Source: Botryllus schlosseri
Taxonomy: Eukaryota
NCBI GenBank assembly: GCA_051294905.1
Contig: CM119371.1
Span: 5,334,001-5,398,000, forward strand
Length of the DNA: 64,000 nt
Reading direction: 5' to 3'
In this document: positions 38,235 through 50,239 of the stretch, one piece after another
Layout of the letters: every line of letters begins with the position of its first letter
Numbering within the stretch: position 1 is the stretch's first letter
The notes under the pieces: generated by a model
Told to the model about the DNA's origin: nothing
What the model saw: the letters and a program-made list of their open reading frames with translations, nothing else
Database searches by the model: none
Program-made: the position numbers and the translations under genes

Positions 38235-38360
38235 TCGCTGATGGAAGTTTTTTAAAAAAAGACGCGCCATCACAGAAGCAGAGAATCGGTATTGCATATG
38301 ACAGATTCTTATTAACGTCGTTATCTTTACGATTGTAAGATCATTGACAGAGGTATCAAG
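38235..38360 (+). pseudogene. PLK1: PLK1/polo-like exon remnant: subdomains V-VIb, copy 1
   Basis: ttttcag|SLMEVF..RRAITEAENRYCI*QIL...YDCKIIDRGIK|gtaat vs PLK1 [32 protein letters not shown]...IHRDLK. Contains stops and frameshifts. Confidence 0.8.
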
Positions 38361-38962
38361 GTAATAATTGTAGTGTAGTTGTCTAATAAAACTAATTAGC
38401 GTGAATGCCTGTAATCTAATTTCTGGTTTTCCTAAAACTACAACAGAAGAGCTGTATCGTACGATACTAACCAAGCTCGATATACAGACATTTGGCATTC
38501 TTGTGCTTATGAGAAAGATTCATTCCATGTGCAAGGTTTCGTGAGCTCAGTAGCTCTAATTGTAATCTAATGTGTAGCCATCATTCTAATAACTGCCTAA
38601 TTTGGAGTAAAACTGCTTAGCTTTTATACTTCTTCTAGTCCAATTCGAAACAAACACTGTGTAGCTATCATTACTGTGTTGCTATCATTATAATTGTACT
38701 CCAATATGGAAAAATACTTTGTAGATGTACTGTAATTCTAATCCTGATATAACTTCATAAAGCTGAAAATTTTCTAGGTATCCAAGTCTGCAAATCTGCT
38801 TCTCCTGATCCTTGAATCTATTCCTATCCAAACACGGCATAAGTTTACGATATCAAATCCAAATCTATATTCGTATTATCGTTCCAATTCCACAAATCTT
38901 GATTCCCAAATATATTTGGCAATATACACGAGTTAGGAGTTAGTATCTGTTATTTGATTATT

Positions 38963-39167
38963 GTCAGTGATTTCCTCACTAGAATGTTGGCGAGTGACCC
39001 GTCTCATCGAGCTTCTGTAAAAGAAGTGCTTGTCAACGAGTCCTTCAGCGGCTACGTTCCATAAAACCTGCGCACAACCAGATTGAGCTGACGTCCAGGT
39101 TTCATTTCCCGGACTCTTCCAAGACAAAGATTTTGTTGACATTGTTCTCGAGTTGTGCAAAAGAAAG
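38963..39167 (+). pseudogene. PLK1: Chimeric PLK1-like exon: kinase C-terminus fused to an N-lobe segment
   Basis: DFLTRMLASDPSHRASVKEVLVNESFSGYVP*NLRTT runs at ~39098 into VSFPGLFQDKDFVDIVLELCKRK|gtgag (PLK1 [23 protein letters not shown]). Confidence 0.85.
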
Positions 39168-40047
39168 GTGAGATCTTTACTATGCTGTTGAGATCTCAAA
39201 CAGCAGTGGTGGCAATTGCATTAGCTCAGTAACGTTCATTACTAGCAGACTTGAACCACTCGGTAATTCAAGTTGTCTAATTGAGCGAAATGCCGGTCAT
39301 CTAATTCTAATCTACATTTTGAATACTGCTGTTACCATCTCGTTTCAATTCCATTATAATTACTGGTTTCCTGATATGCCACAAGAGAACTTCATCATGC
39401 TAAACGAGCAAAACTCGGTGTCGTGACATTTCCCGTTATTGTGCCGATGAAAAGCAGCTCTGATGTGATAAGAAGTCGACTTGATTTTTATTTTATTTCG
39501 TTTACCGAACCAAGTAATTCTAATCTAATTGAGACAAATGTGCAGCTGTAATTCTAATGCTAATCTGGTTTGGAAAATATAAAAATTTCTCACTGTAGAA
39601 AGCTGTAAACTATTAGACGTATCGCATCATACCTACCGTGTAGTACAAAGCTTCGCACAATACTGGAAATGACATTTCTTGGAAGTTGTCATCAACCCAC
39701 AGCATCTTCACAAAGTGCAAGAAATCGGTATGCTCGAAAAATACCAAATCATTTTTAATGTGATGTACAACTGGCATGTTGTTCCACATGGTCACATAAA
39801 ACGTCCATATTTGAACTTTCCGCATCATCCATTCTGGTGTGATGTCATAATGAGTGATGAGCAAATATTGGAATAGAAGCCTAATACTCGATTTAGACTC
39901 AAATCATTCAGTTACTAGATTTTGCCCAGCACTGCGTATGTTACGTCAAATATCGAAAAAGCAGCAATAAAGAAAGTTTCTAATTCGAAAGGTTCGTCGG
40001 TACTAAAAATTTGCTACTTAAAAAGGTTGGGAACCAATAATTTAGAT

Positions 40048-41154
40048 CAGGGGTGGGCAAACTACGGCCCGCGGGCCGCATGCGGCCCGCCACACCCTTC
40101 TGTGCGGCCCGCGAGAGTCTAAAGAAACTTTTAAAAAATATTGATAAAATCCGTACTAAAAATCGAATTAATGCAGGGACTTCAATAAACTTTTTCTTAG
40201 TATATTTCACCATGATAATTCGGAGACAGTGGTTCCAAAACTGTGGTGCGCCCCCCTCCACTGAAAAAAATTTTCGCGCTCCGCGCGATTCTCATTCCCA
40301 TCATGAGCATTGCTGTGTATTTAGTCTAAATTTCATATTGAAAAATTCTTGATCCACATTCGTAACCTTCCGTGCCATCTAACTATGTGTTAAGTTTGCT
40401 AGCACCCTAGTTGCGTTTTGTGATTTGACGATAAGGGTGGCGCGAAATTTTTCACCATCATAAGGGGGGGGTGCCTCAAAAAGTTTGAGGGCCACTGTTT
40501 TAACGTAAATACTTCCTTTCTTTATGTTTAATTTCTGGCGCGACAGCCCCATCTCAAGGCCCACGCAGTTTGAAAGGTTTCAACTATATACTAAACATCA
40601 CAGAAATCCTAAACGAGATTGACGTAATTCGGATAACGAGTGGGATTTCATATTGGCCACTTCAGTCTTAATTATTTCAGTGATGTGCTTATACAAACGA
40701 TTTGCGCGTGTCTTAGGCAGATTCGTTCTCTGCATGCGTAGAATTGGGGTATTTATATTTTATCCACACATCGTAGATGCGTGTTTGAAGCTAACACGGT
40801 TATGATACTGTGAGTATTGTGTGTCCTGGAACTGAACAAAAAGTGGAATTAGTAAATCTATGAACAGATCGCTGCTCATAGATTTAAATTTCAATCCTGG
40901 TCTAAGAATCGGGACAACCGATTTTCATCTATATAGTTTTGAAAAATTGGTTATTGAGGTCGGTCAGCCAATGAAATCTCGCCATGTTTCTGACGTGTGT
41001 ACGATATCATCAAAACATTGTTTGTTTTGTTTTAAATAGGAACATATATAATCTCCATGTCCTCACTATATAATCTCAATTTTATATAATGCGGCCCGCG
41101 AATGGATTTAGATGTTGAATGCGGCCCGCGAGCTCAAAAGTTTGCCCACCCCTG
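40048..41154. mobile_element. hAT (Charlie-like) MITE in a PLK-like intron, with an internal MITE at 40227-40497
   Basis: TIR caggggtgggcaaa / tttgcccacccctg, perfect TSD atttagat. The paralogous intron at ~38160 shows the empty site. Confidence 0.92.
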
Positions 41155-41220
41155 ATTTAGATGCATATAATATTCTTGTTTTGATTCTATCAATCCTATC
41201 AACTTAACATTTGTTTTCAG

Positions 41221-41345
41221 TTGCTGATGGAAGTTTACAAAGTAGATGCGCCATCACAGAACCAGTGACACATTACTACATGTAACAGATTCTGCTTGGA
41301 GTTTTTCATCTTCATGATTGTAGGATCGTTCACACAGATATCCAG
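41221..41345 (+). pseudogene. PLK1: PLK1/polo-like exon remnant: subdomains V-VIb, copy 2
   Basis: ttttcag|LLMEVYK/SRCAITEPVTHYYM*QILLGVFHLHDCRIVHTDIQ|gtaac. Confidence 0.85.
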
Positions 41346-41904
41346 GTAACATTGCTGGCAGTAGTCGCAGATTAATACAAAACTACTGGATTTTCAAAAT
41401 ACACTACTTGGTTTCAACTTAGAGTTAATGACCATTAAGATTCTGCAACGAATGAATACCTGATGACACAAATTACTAATTACAATTGAGCTAGTAAATA
41501 TCGGAGATAGAATCACTGAATCAGTTTATCAAATGGACGGGAGTTTTATTTAGGAATGACAGGCGTGTCAACCCCCAAGACCCACTTTACTGGCTACATC
41601 ACTGTTTGTTGTTATGACTGTGATGTAGCAATGGCTGCAAGAACATCAAACAACAGAACATTGGTATCACGATTCTCGTGAAACGACGACGCATGTTTTC
41701 TAGCTGTTCGGCAATTGTTTTGGAAACGCATAACTAGAACTATGCACTTTTCATAACTACAACTAGAACTATTCGCGCTTCAAATCTGCAACTACAACTA
41801 AAACTACTCAAAAAACTTTACTCAGTTGGCCATCAACCAGCCAGATTAATAGTTTGTACAAATTTGTAAACTTGTGTATCTGAATGTGAGATTTGTATTG
41901 ACAG

Positions 41905-42068
41905 CTGGAGAACCTATCCCTGAACAATATGGGCCTGAAGATTGGAGATACCAGAGTCGACTGTGATGGTCAAACAAGTAGTACATCTTGCGGCACATCC
42001 AACTGCATTGCCCCGGAAGTTCTCGACAATAATGTACATAGTTTCAAAGATCTCTGGGTTGTGTGTTT
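41905..42068 (+). pseudogene. PLK1: PLK1/polo-like exon remnant: activation segment
   Basis: tgacag|LENLSLNNMGLKIGD-TRVDCDGQTSSTSCGTSNCIAPEVLDNNVHSFKDLW|gtgagt vs PLK1 [57 protein letters not shown]. FGLA is deleted. Confidence 0.88.
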
Positions 42069-43360
42069 GTGAGTATCACTCAACATTGATAAGGGACTTT
42101 CATGAAATGGGGTCGGAAGGGTCTGATATCTTAGTCAGCGGGACCAGGAGAAATCGAGTACATGACTGATTCCAGTTGAGTAATCCACTACCACTTATTT
42201 TGGCGTCACAATATTATGAAGAGTGCGGAAAGTTCAAGCATGTGCCTTTTATGTGGCCACAAGGAATATAAGGCCAGTTCCATATAACATTATAAACATA
42301 ATTCGATATTTTTTTCAACCTAGCCTACCGTATTTCATTGCACTTTCTGACTCTCTGACATCGGTAGATCGTGACCTCATAGAAATGTTATTTCCAGTAA
42401 CACTGCGTAGCTTTGTACTACATATTTTGTATGTTGCGATACGACTAATCGAGGGTTACAGCCTTCCATTAGGAAAACAGTATCAAAAGTAAAATTATCA
42501 TTGATAAATCAACTCTTATTGGCCAGAATTGTATCGTTTCAGTACTACAGAAAATCATTAAAATTAATACTCGATTCAGAATCGAGTACTCGCAGCATTG
42601 TGCCCAGCCCTAGTCGCGAGACATATTGAAATAGTTTGAGTTGAGTAGTCATGTTGCTACTCAAGTACAAGTATTTTTGGTCTAGTTTGTTAAAATACTG
42701 AAAACGGTGACATAGTAGTACCAGTATTTTAAAATCATAACCCATCGTGAAATAATGCAAGTAGGCAAACCCTACTCAAGTATTCCGTGGAAGTACTTTT
42801 TACCTAGTACCTCAATCAAGCAATAACAAAATATTACATCCTATACCTTGATACTACTTCTACTCAACCACGAATGGGAGTAATGATTCCCATGAATTGT
42901 GAAGTAAAAATAGAAAAGGAAGGTTTGAATGGTAATCAAGGCGAGTAGTTTTGAAAAGTAGATTTGGTCATGACATCGCATACTTTTAGTAACTGATCGG
43001 AGTTGGTTACATTCGAAATTGCGAGATCCATCTTATCGACTAACACAAATGACTGATGACATTACCGCCATTACCGTTCGATGCAATTTACTGAAATATG
43101 TTCAATTACCATGCTTCATGTGACACTTTGTCCTAATTGTTGTGACAATATCAAGCATAATAGTGATTGGAAAATATCCCAGAATTACTTTATATTTTAC
43201 GAAATCAAACGTATCAAAAATTAAGTAGCCTATTGTTTAAAACACTGTTGGATAAAAGCGGTAGCAGTACTTCTGCGTGTAACCGAGTATAGATTAGTGT
43301 CGTTACTTCTACTTGTGCATGAGTACGTTGAGTAATTTAATATATTTTTCTATCATGCAG

Positions 43361-43560
43361 GACTACACCATGGTGATTCTGTGTCCTCTGATGGCGCCGT
43401 GACTTGCATCGACCAGCAACGTAACTTCACTAACTACAAACTGGAACTGTTACAAGAAGACGGATACAATTACAATCACAGTTCAGGAGCTTGCCTGTGG
43501 TACACAGATTGTATCTTGGAAAGACTCCTGTTTGAAGACTCTACTCAAGCAGATTATTCG
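43361..43560 (+). pseudogene. PLK1: PLK1/polo-like terminal exon remnant (polo box 2)
   Basis: tcatgcag|DYTMVILCPLM/GAVTCIDQQRNFTNYKLELLQEDGY vs PLK1 [36 protein letters not shown]. Confidence 0.88.
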
Positions 43561-43665
43561 CGATACGCTCGATGCAACTTTGTGAGATTGTGTAATTGGA
43601 TTTTGAAATACGTTCATACATTTACGAATGAAATCACCAAGCTTTGCAACTGATTGTCTTATCAT

Positions 43666-43857
43666 CAGGGCTGTAACCAAGCCACAAGGTTACATGTCAG
43701 AAGTCCCTCTCACTTTCATAGTTTTAACTCGAAAATTAAGTCCACTCACCTCCGAATCAAATCCGTCCAAGTCATACTGTGTGTCACTATGATATGTTTG
43801 GTGACTAGTCTGGATTACTGCTCAGTCTCGAGCTCAGGTAATTTTGTTACAACCCTG
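43666..43857. mobile_element. Short hAT-like MITE
   Basis: cagggctgtaac ... gttacaaccctg. No TSD recovered. Confidence 0.55.
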
Positions 43858-44418
43858 CGCTGATGAAACAAATCCCTCGGCATGATTATGTACTCAATTA
43901 TCTCACTCTTATCAAATGATGCTCAATAATGAAAGTGTTTTGAGGTTTAGAGGATTGGTCTAAATTAGTCGGCGTCGCTATTTGAGTGGAGGTTACTTCG
44001 TACATTTCTACTGAATTTACAGGTAAAGCTAGCGATTTTCAAGATGTCAAAACTTGCTGCCCGATGTATGAGCATGCGACACAATGGAAACGGCAGCCCA
44101 GAATGTAACTTTATAACCCAAAAATCAACCCTATCCCGAAACAACCCTGAAATTAACCCCTATATATACCGGAACCCCGAACAGATAATTTGACGCACGT
44201 GCTCAAGAGTCGCCTGCTCATATGTCCACGGACCGTCAAAACTACTAGTGGAAACAGATTACCGGTGCATGAAAATCATTCCACAGTCACTGTGACCTAC
44301 CACTTTCGAGGTGGAGTTGTTATACTGTGGGAGTCGGACTTGTGTGGGGAAAATAGCGAGAGTCGGTACGTTTAAAGATTCGGAGTTGGACGTTTGGACA
44401 ACCTTGTATGTAACATAC

Positions 44419-47400
44419 TGCAGCAATTAGAGCTTATATTCTCTGATGATCTGTATAAAAGTACAGCTAACCAATCGTCTTGGTGCTCGGCTATACAATA
44501 CTTATCTCGAGAAGCTGTTGCCTTGGGTGAAGTTCTTCGTACCAGATATATGCTCAATACAATGGTTTATTTGACGTTGATGCAGTAGTAGCGTATAGAG
44601 TCTCAATCATAATAATCATGTAAAACACTTGTTACAGACACTTATGTACTTAGTCTGGACTCTCGAGTAATCTCAACAAGAAGTAGTTTCTTATTCGAGA
44701 CATAGCAAAATATCATGGACGAGTGATCACAGCGGAATAGCTGCATTATTTTCACTCGAAAAGGGAATTAATTACGAATAATTAAGGAAAAAGCCAATTA
44801 GATTATACGACCATGAATGACAAAATCGATTTACTATGTCGAATACAATTTTGGTACAGAAAGGTCACCCCGTCCCCCATTAAAAAGGAAATCGGATAGT
44901 AACAATCACGAGTAAAGACTTTTAATTTCAACGACCCTTTAAGTAATTAGGCCTACACGGGTTCGGTTTTAGTCTGAGCATTGCAAGAGCAAGGTTTTAT
45001 ATTGCTTTTCTAATATACAAGTTAACCTAAATTGGAATAACACAAAGAATTGAATCCTAAGCAAATAGTAAGCCTAACAGATACAAATACATCCACGTGA
45101 CAGCCCAAATCATCATGTGTGACCGCCGCTGTTCACGTGAAGGCAAAATTAACTTCAGTGTGTGGCCGGTTTATGTACAATAGTGGCCATTTCAAACATT
45201 GCAATATCTCGGTCGATATTGTGACTTAGAGTAACCAACATACTCAAGTCCGCGTAAACTTCAGTTTCGGGCCGTGGCCCATATGCACCAGTGTGTTCCT
45301 GGTCAGTGAAATTCGTACAAAATCTCGATCGATAATGTACATGTGTTTCCGGCGTACAACTGCTACTCAACTCATGTGTGCCTGCACTTTTGCGTCCACG
45401 TGCAGGCATCCTGGTGGAGTCTGGCATCGTTTTCGGTTGTAAAAACTGCGTAATTATCGTCTGCGATTCGTGGCATGTCTGATTCACACAGCCGTCAGCG
45501 TATAGCTGTTGGGGGGCTAGAGATACGGCATGGCTACGTACGCGTGTTGGCGCTATAGTGTCGGCCAATGATTGCAGATGTGGGATATCTTCGGTCAGTC
45601 GGTCGATCGTTAGCGGATATCGATACAGTTTCGTCGGTGAAATCGCGGCGAACTGTTGCTGTCGACTGTTGCAGACGTTGCAGTTGCAGTGCACGTGGTG
45701 TCGGAATCGTACCGAAGTATATTGCCAGGTCGTTGTTGTTGAGTAGGTCGAAATCGTTTCGATGAATTCGCACACATGAGTATGAGATTGGTACGCCGGA
45801 ACGCGGAGCGTGGACGACGGACACGTATATATTCGCCAACTCTGTAAAAAAACCTCACGACAGCATCACGTGGAAAGGGCATATAGCACTATTACAATTG
45901 GCACAAAATAACGATACAAGCATGAAAGAAAACACACAATCTATCAATAAGCGACCAGTCTGATAAGGCAAACCTAAACCTAATTATGAAGCTGTTGACA
46001 ATATCAGAAACAATAAAAAAGAATAAGGCACGGTATTCCCTGACAGCGTTGCAAGCAAGGGGTCAATCTCTGGCGCATGCAGAAAAAAATGTAGGGAGAG
46101 AACGTGCGAAAAAAAAATTTCTGCACGTGGCAGAAGTATAAATGTAAAATGTACAGAAAGTCTGCTAACTAGCGAACTCCTTGATGTAAGTCAAACATGT
46201 CTGTTAAATTGCAATCCAAGTACTAAATTCCCGGTGCGGCCGGGGTCATGGTTTACGTAATCTTGACAGCGGAGGTGCGATTGATAGGTACTGCTGAGTT
46301 TTGTAAAGATAATTCCAAACAACTCATCAGATTTCAACTGACACGCAAGGAGTTACTGAATAGCTGCTCTGCTCACGAGGCATGGCGTAATTGAAACAAT
46401 TTAAGGATTTATTAGATATGTCAGTCAGTAATGGAATTATCAGTCAAACTTACATTGATCAATGTAGGATGTTATCATACAGAGTACTGTTATATGTCTG
46501 CGATGATTTGAAAGCTGAAGTTAATATGAAATCACTTTTTGAAATGCCATCAGAACACCATTACTCAATAGTGGATTATTTGAATGAAGGATGCGTCATT
46601 CCGCAATGGTGTCTGGCGATTATGCTGAACCAGAAAAGCTGTATCGCGAAATTACACTTCTTCGCTAAAAGCGTTACGTAACTCAAGAATCCGTTGGGTT
46701 TGAAATCAGCGGAGCACGTGGCGATATGGAGTGTACCCTAAAACACTGTTTTAACATCGAAAGCTGAAAACCACATATGCGTTTTGTGTAAGGTATCCGT
46801 CAATGCATTGAAGAAAAAAAACACAACGATTTCCGTAACTATAATATTCCGTAATTTAAACGGGACCGTTATCTATGAATCCAGAACCAATTTACGCAGT
46901 TCAGTTATATCATCTGACCGAACAAGATATGTCATATTTATACCGAATTTTATGATAGGTCTTGCGCTGAGTACGTTGCATTGCGGCGTTCACAATGTTG
47001 ACTTCGAATTCACCGATTACACCTAAATAGCGGAGGCCATTATAGCTAAGTAGGTTACTCATGATACGCGTTGTATCGCATAATAATGCTTTTCGACATA
47101 ACATTCAAATGTACTTAAAATCATACACGAGGTTGCGGTACTGTTCAAACGTTTTATCGTGTAAACCAGGAGATTCGCTAAAAGAAGACGCATTCAGCCC
47201 TGTCTCGTTCAAACTGCCCGCAGATTGTTTAGAGCAAGAGCTTTATTCCCCAACCTCACAGCGAATTGGAACATCTTAAAATCCATTAACCATAAGTATA
47301 CCAGATATTACATCCAAATACATATATAGTCACTCCGGTTCACACTCACGCGCGTAACGAAATCACAGTCGCCGATTTCCGCATCTAATCCCCAAATACA

Positions 47401-48613
47401 TGTGAGCGTGGCCGTATAAATTGCAAAATTATCGCTGATTCTTCTCAAGCAAATGTGGGACAAATCCATTATTGCGTATGGTAATCCCATAATATTGGGC
47501 TTAACGAATTCTACAACTGTGTAAGAATATCATTCTATTTGTACACATGATACTTCCCCATATTAGGCTAACGAATTCAAGCAAAAGCTATCCAATACCT
47601 GATTATACATTGGTCCATATCTTTAGCATATTATCTTGGTTTTGAAAAATCATAGATTAGTGATACCTGAACGCGTATCGAATGTAATGCGCTTCAGTTA
47701 GTAAACAACCAAAGTCAATTGCCTTTGCGTGTCAGTCATACATTGTCTCAGAGAAGCTGAGCTATTCACTGTCGGCGCGACGGCTGAAGTCACGACATAA
47801 TTCTGAACGGGAATGCGATTTAAATCTTGCGGTTCGACAATAGTCGGATCGTCCGCAATGTCCGCAACTCGGGCTTCGCATAAATACGTAGGCCCGTTTT
47901 TAACAACGCTGATAGGAAGAGTGTGCCTAATTCTTTCATCGGCAATACTGGGTAAAGCAGCTTCGTGCTTAACATATTTAGCGTGACCGATTACAGAGTT
48001 AGGCTCGGTATCCTTATCAGCAATAACTGGTTGCTTATCATTACTATCCATTTAGACACTTTAGCAAACACTTGTACATGACAATATTGAATATGCAACG
48101 ATATAACAATAACAGTCAAAAATCACTAACACATACACAGTCAATAGGGTCTGCTGTCGTGAAGTTTTCAACAGAAATCGACAATTAAAACGTGTACCGT
48201 GTTCGTCCGTGAAGAATGTCCTTGTCGTCGATAGCAAAAACGTCAGTCCCAGTATTGAAGTTGTATATCTCACGACTGTACTCGGGGCCCATGCAGCAAT
48301 TAGAGCTTATTGTCTCTGATGATCTGTATAATAGTACAGCTAACCAATCGTCTTGGTGCTCGGCTATACAATACTTATCTCGAGAAGCTGTTGCCTTGGG
48401 TGAAGTTCTTCGTACCAGATATATGCTCAATACAATGGTTTATTCGACGTTGATGCAGTAGTAGCGTATAGAGTCTCAATCATAATAATCATGTAAAACA
48501 CTTTCAGGCACTTATGTACTAGTCTGGACTCTCGAGTAATCTCAACAAGAAGTAGTTTCTTATTCGAGACTAGCAAAATATCATGGACGAGTGATCACAG
48601 CGGAATAGCTGCA
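44419..48613 (-). mobile_element. Non-autonomous LTR retrotransposon (Gypsy-derived), 4.2 kb
   Basis: Direct LTRs 44419-44745 and 48292-48613, both TGCAGC...GCTGCA, with few differences. 4-bp TSD atac. Minus-strand PBS-like TGGGCCCCGAG. Decayed protease-like LNSTATSCMI...LLSYNG..LGVIGEFEVNI at ~47150-46980. Confidence 0.92.
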
Positions 48614-50239
48614 ATACCTAGTCTCGATGATACCCCTTGAAACACTTCACACTATCCGGGTTGTAGATAATAAGTGGGGGCGTTTCACGCTGTTGTGACG
48701 CATTTTGTTGATAACATGCGATAGTGGTGAATCCTGAATCTTTTGTATACATAATCAGTAACGAAGTATGTATAACGATATTTTTCTAATTTTGGTCAAG
48801 TACATTTGCCGACTTGCATGACTTATTAAAGTAGCTGTTTTTTTTAATTACTTTATCTCACAATTTTATAGACAGAACTGAAGTTTATGTTAAGTGTGAT
48901 CTAAGATAGGGCTGTTTAGCAGTTACGTTATGAACGCCATTGGTGTCACGGTAATTACATATAGTTCCTAGTGTCGGAAACTGCACAAATTTGTGATGCC
49001 TACAGTCGTTTTGCGTACGTTATTACTTTTCAAATCTGCATTTTCCACTTCCACTTGAACTAGCTTGGGCCTATCGTTGGGAATCACTACTTATAGGCCT
49101 ACTTGTAAGTCATTCTTCTCATAGAACTATGAATCACTGGGATAAGCGACTGAGTTAACAAAACACACTATTTAACAACAATATGGGCCGCTAGCAACAG
49201 ACTGGTACGTACTGCTTGATTTCTAAAACACGTGACTAGAACTAGAACACTCATTTTTCAAAATCTTCGAATGGAACTTCTCACAACCCACTAGTTCGTT
49301 GACCGTGAACCAACATGATTTGTAGATAGTCCAAGTCTGCTCTGCTCTGGCCGCAACCAATATTGAAAGCAATTGCGACACGAACTTCAAGAACCAACGC
49401 TTATAAGTTGTCAGCACGGATCGGATGTAACAGCCCAGCGTTTGTTGCTGACCTGACAGCTTCCCACGAATGTACAACGAGATTTGCCTCTTCACATGTA
49501 GGCTATTAATCGGATAAGTCAACGCAATATGTTGTAGGTAATGTAGGCTATGTATGTTGAGAATGTGCACCAGAGATACATAGTAGCAGATGTACTTATA
49601 GAGAATAATAGCGTGAGACATCTTAAATACGTTCAACGTTCATGATAATCATTTGAGACATCAAGCAGTTAATCGAGGTATCGTTGTACCAATGCGCCCC
49701 GACCAGCTGACCAGTGCCCGTCATAACGGTACAGAACATGAAATTCGTAGTCGGTACCCCTTTCTGCCAACTGGTCACGTATAAGACTGGGCACAATGAT
49801 TTGAGTAAAGTTTTTAAATATATGATTTTATACCAAATAATTAAAGAATTAGTCACCGTAAATACTAGTTTATTCAAATCCAAATTTTTCTACTGCAATA
49901 CCTTCGCTTCTAGTGGTTGAAATGGAGCCAAATTCGGTGTGCATCATCTCTTCTGACAGCCTAATAATTTTATGGGGTTGATAGAAAAACTTTAAAACTT
50001 TTTTTTTTGGTATTTTTCAATGATAAATTCAGAACTTTCCACTGCAAGAATTTCGCTTCTACTGGTTGAAATTGAGCGAAAGTTGGTGCGCAGCGTTTAT
50101 TTGTAACCAACCTAACAATTTTATCAAGTAGCAAGTGAAATCTGACGGAAAACTTGTTTTTTGAACAGTCATATTGGATATTCATATGACGCTTGAGGTT
50201 AGCCGTCCCAGTAAATGCTTTCCAACATACATCACATTA

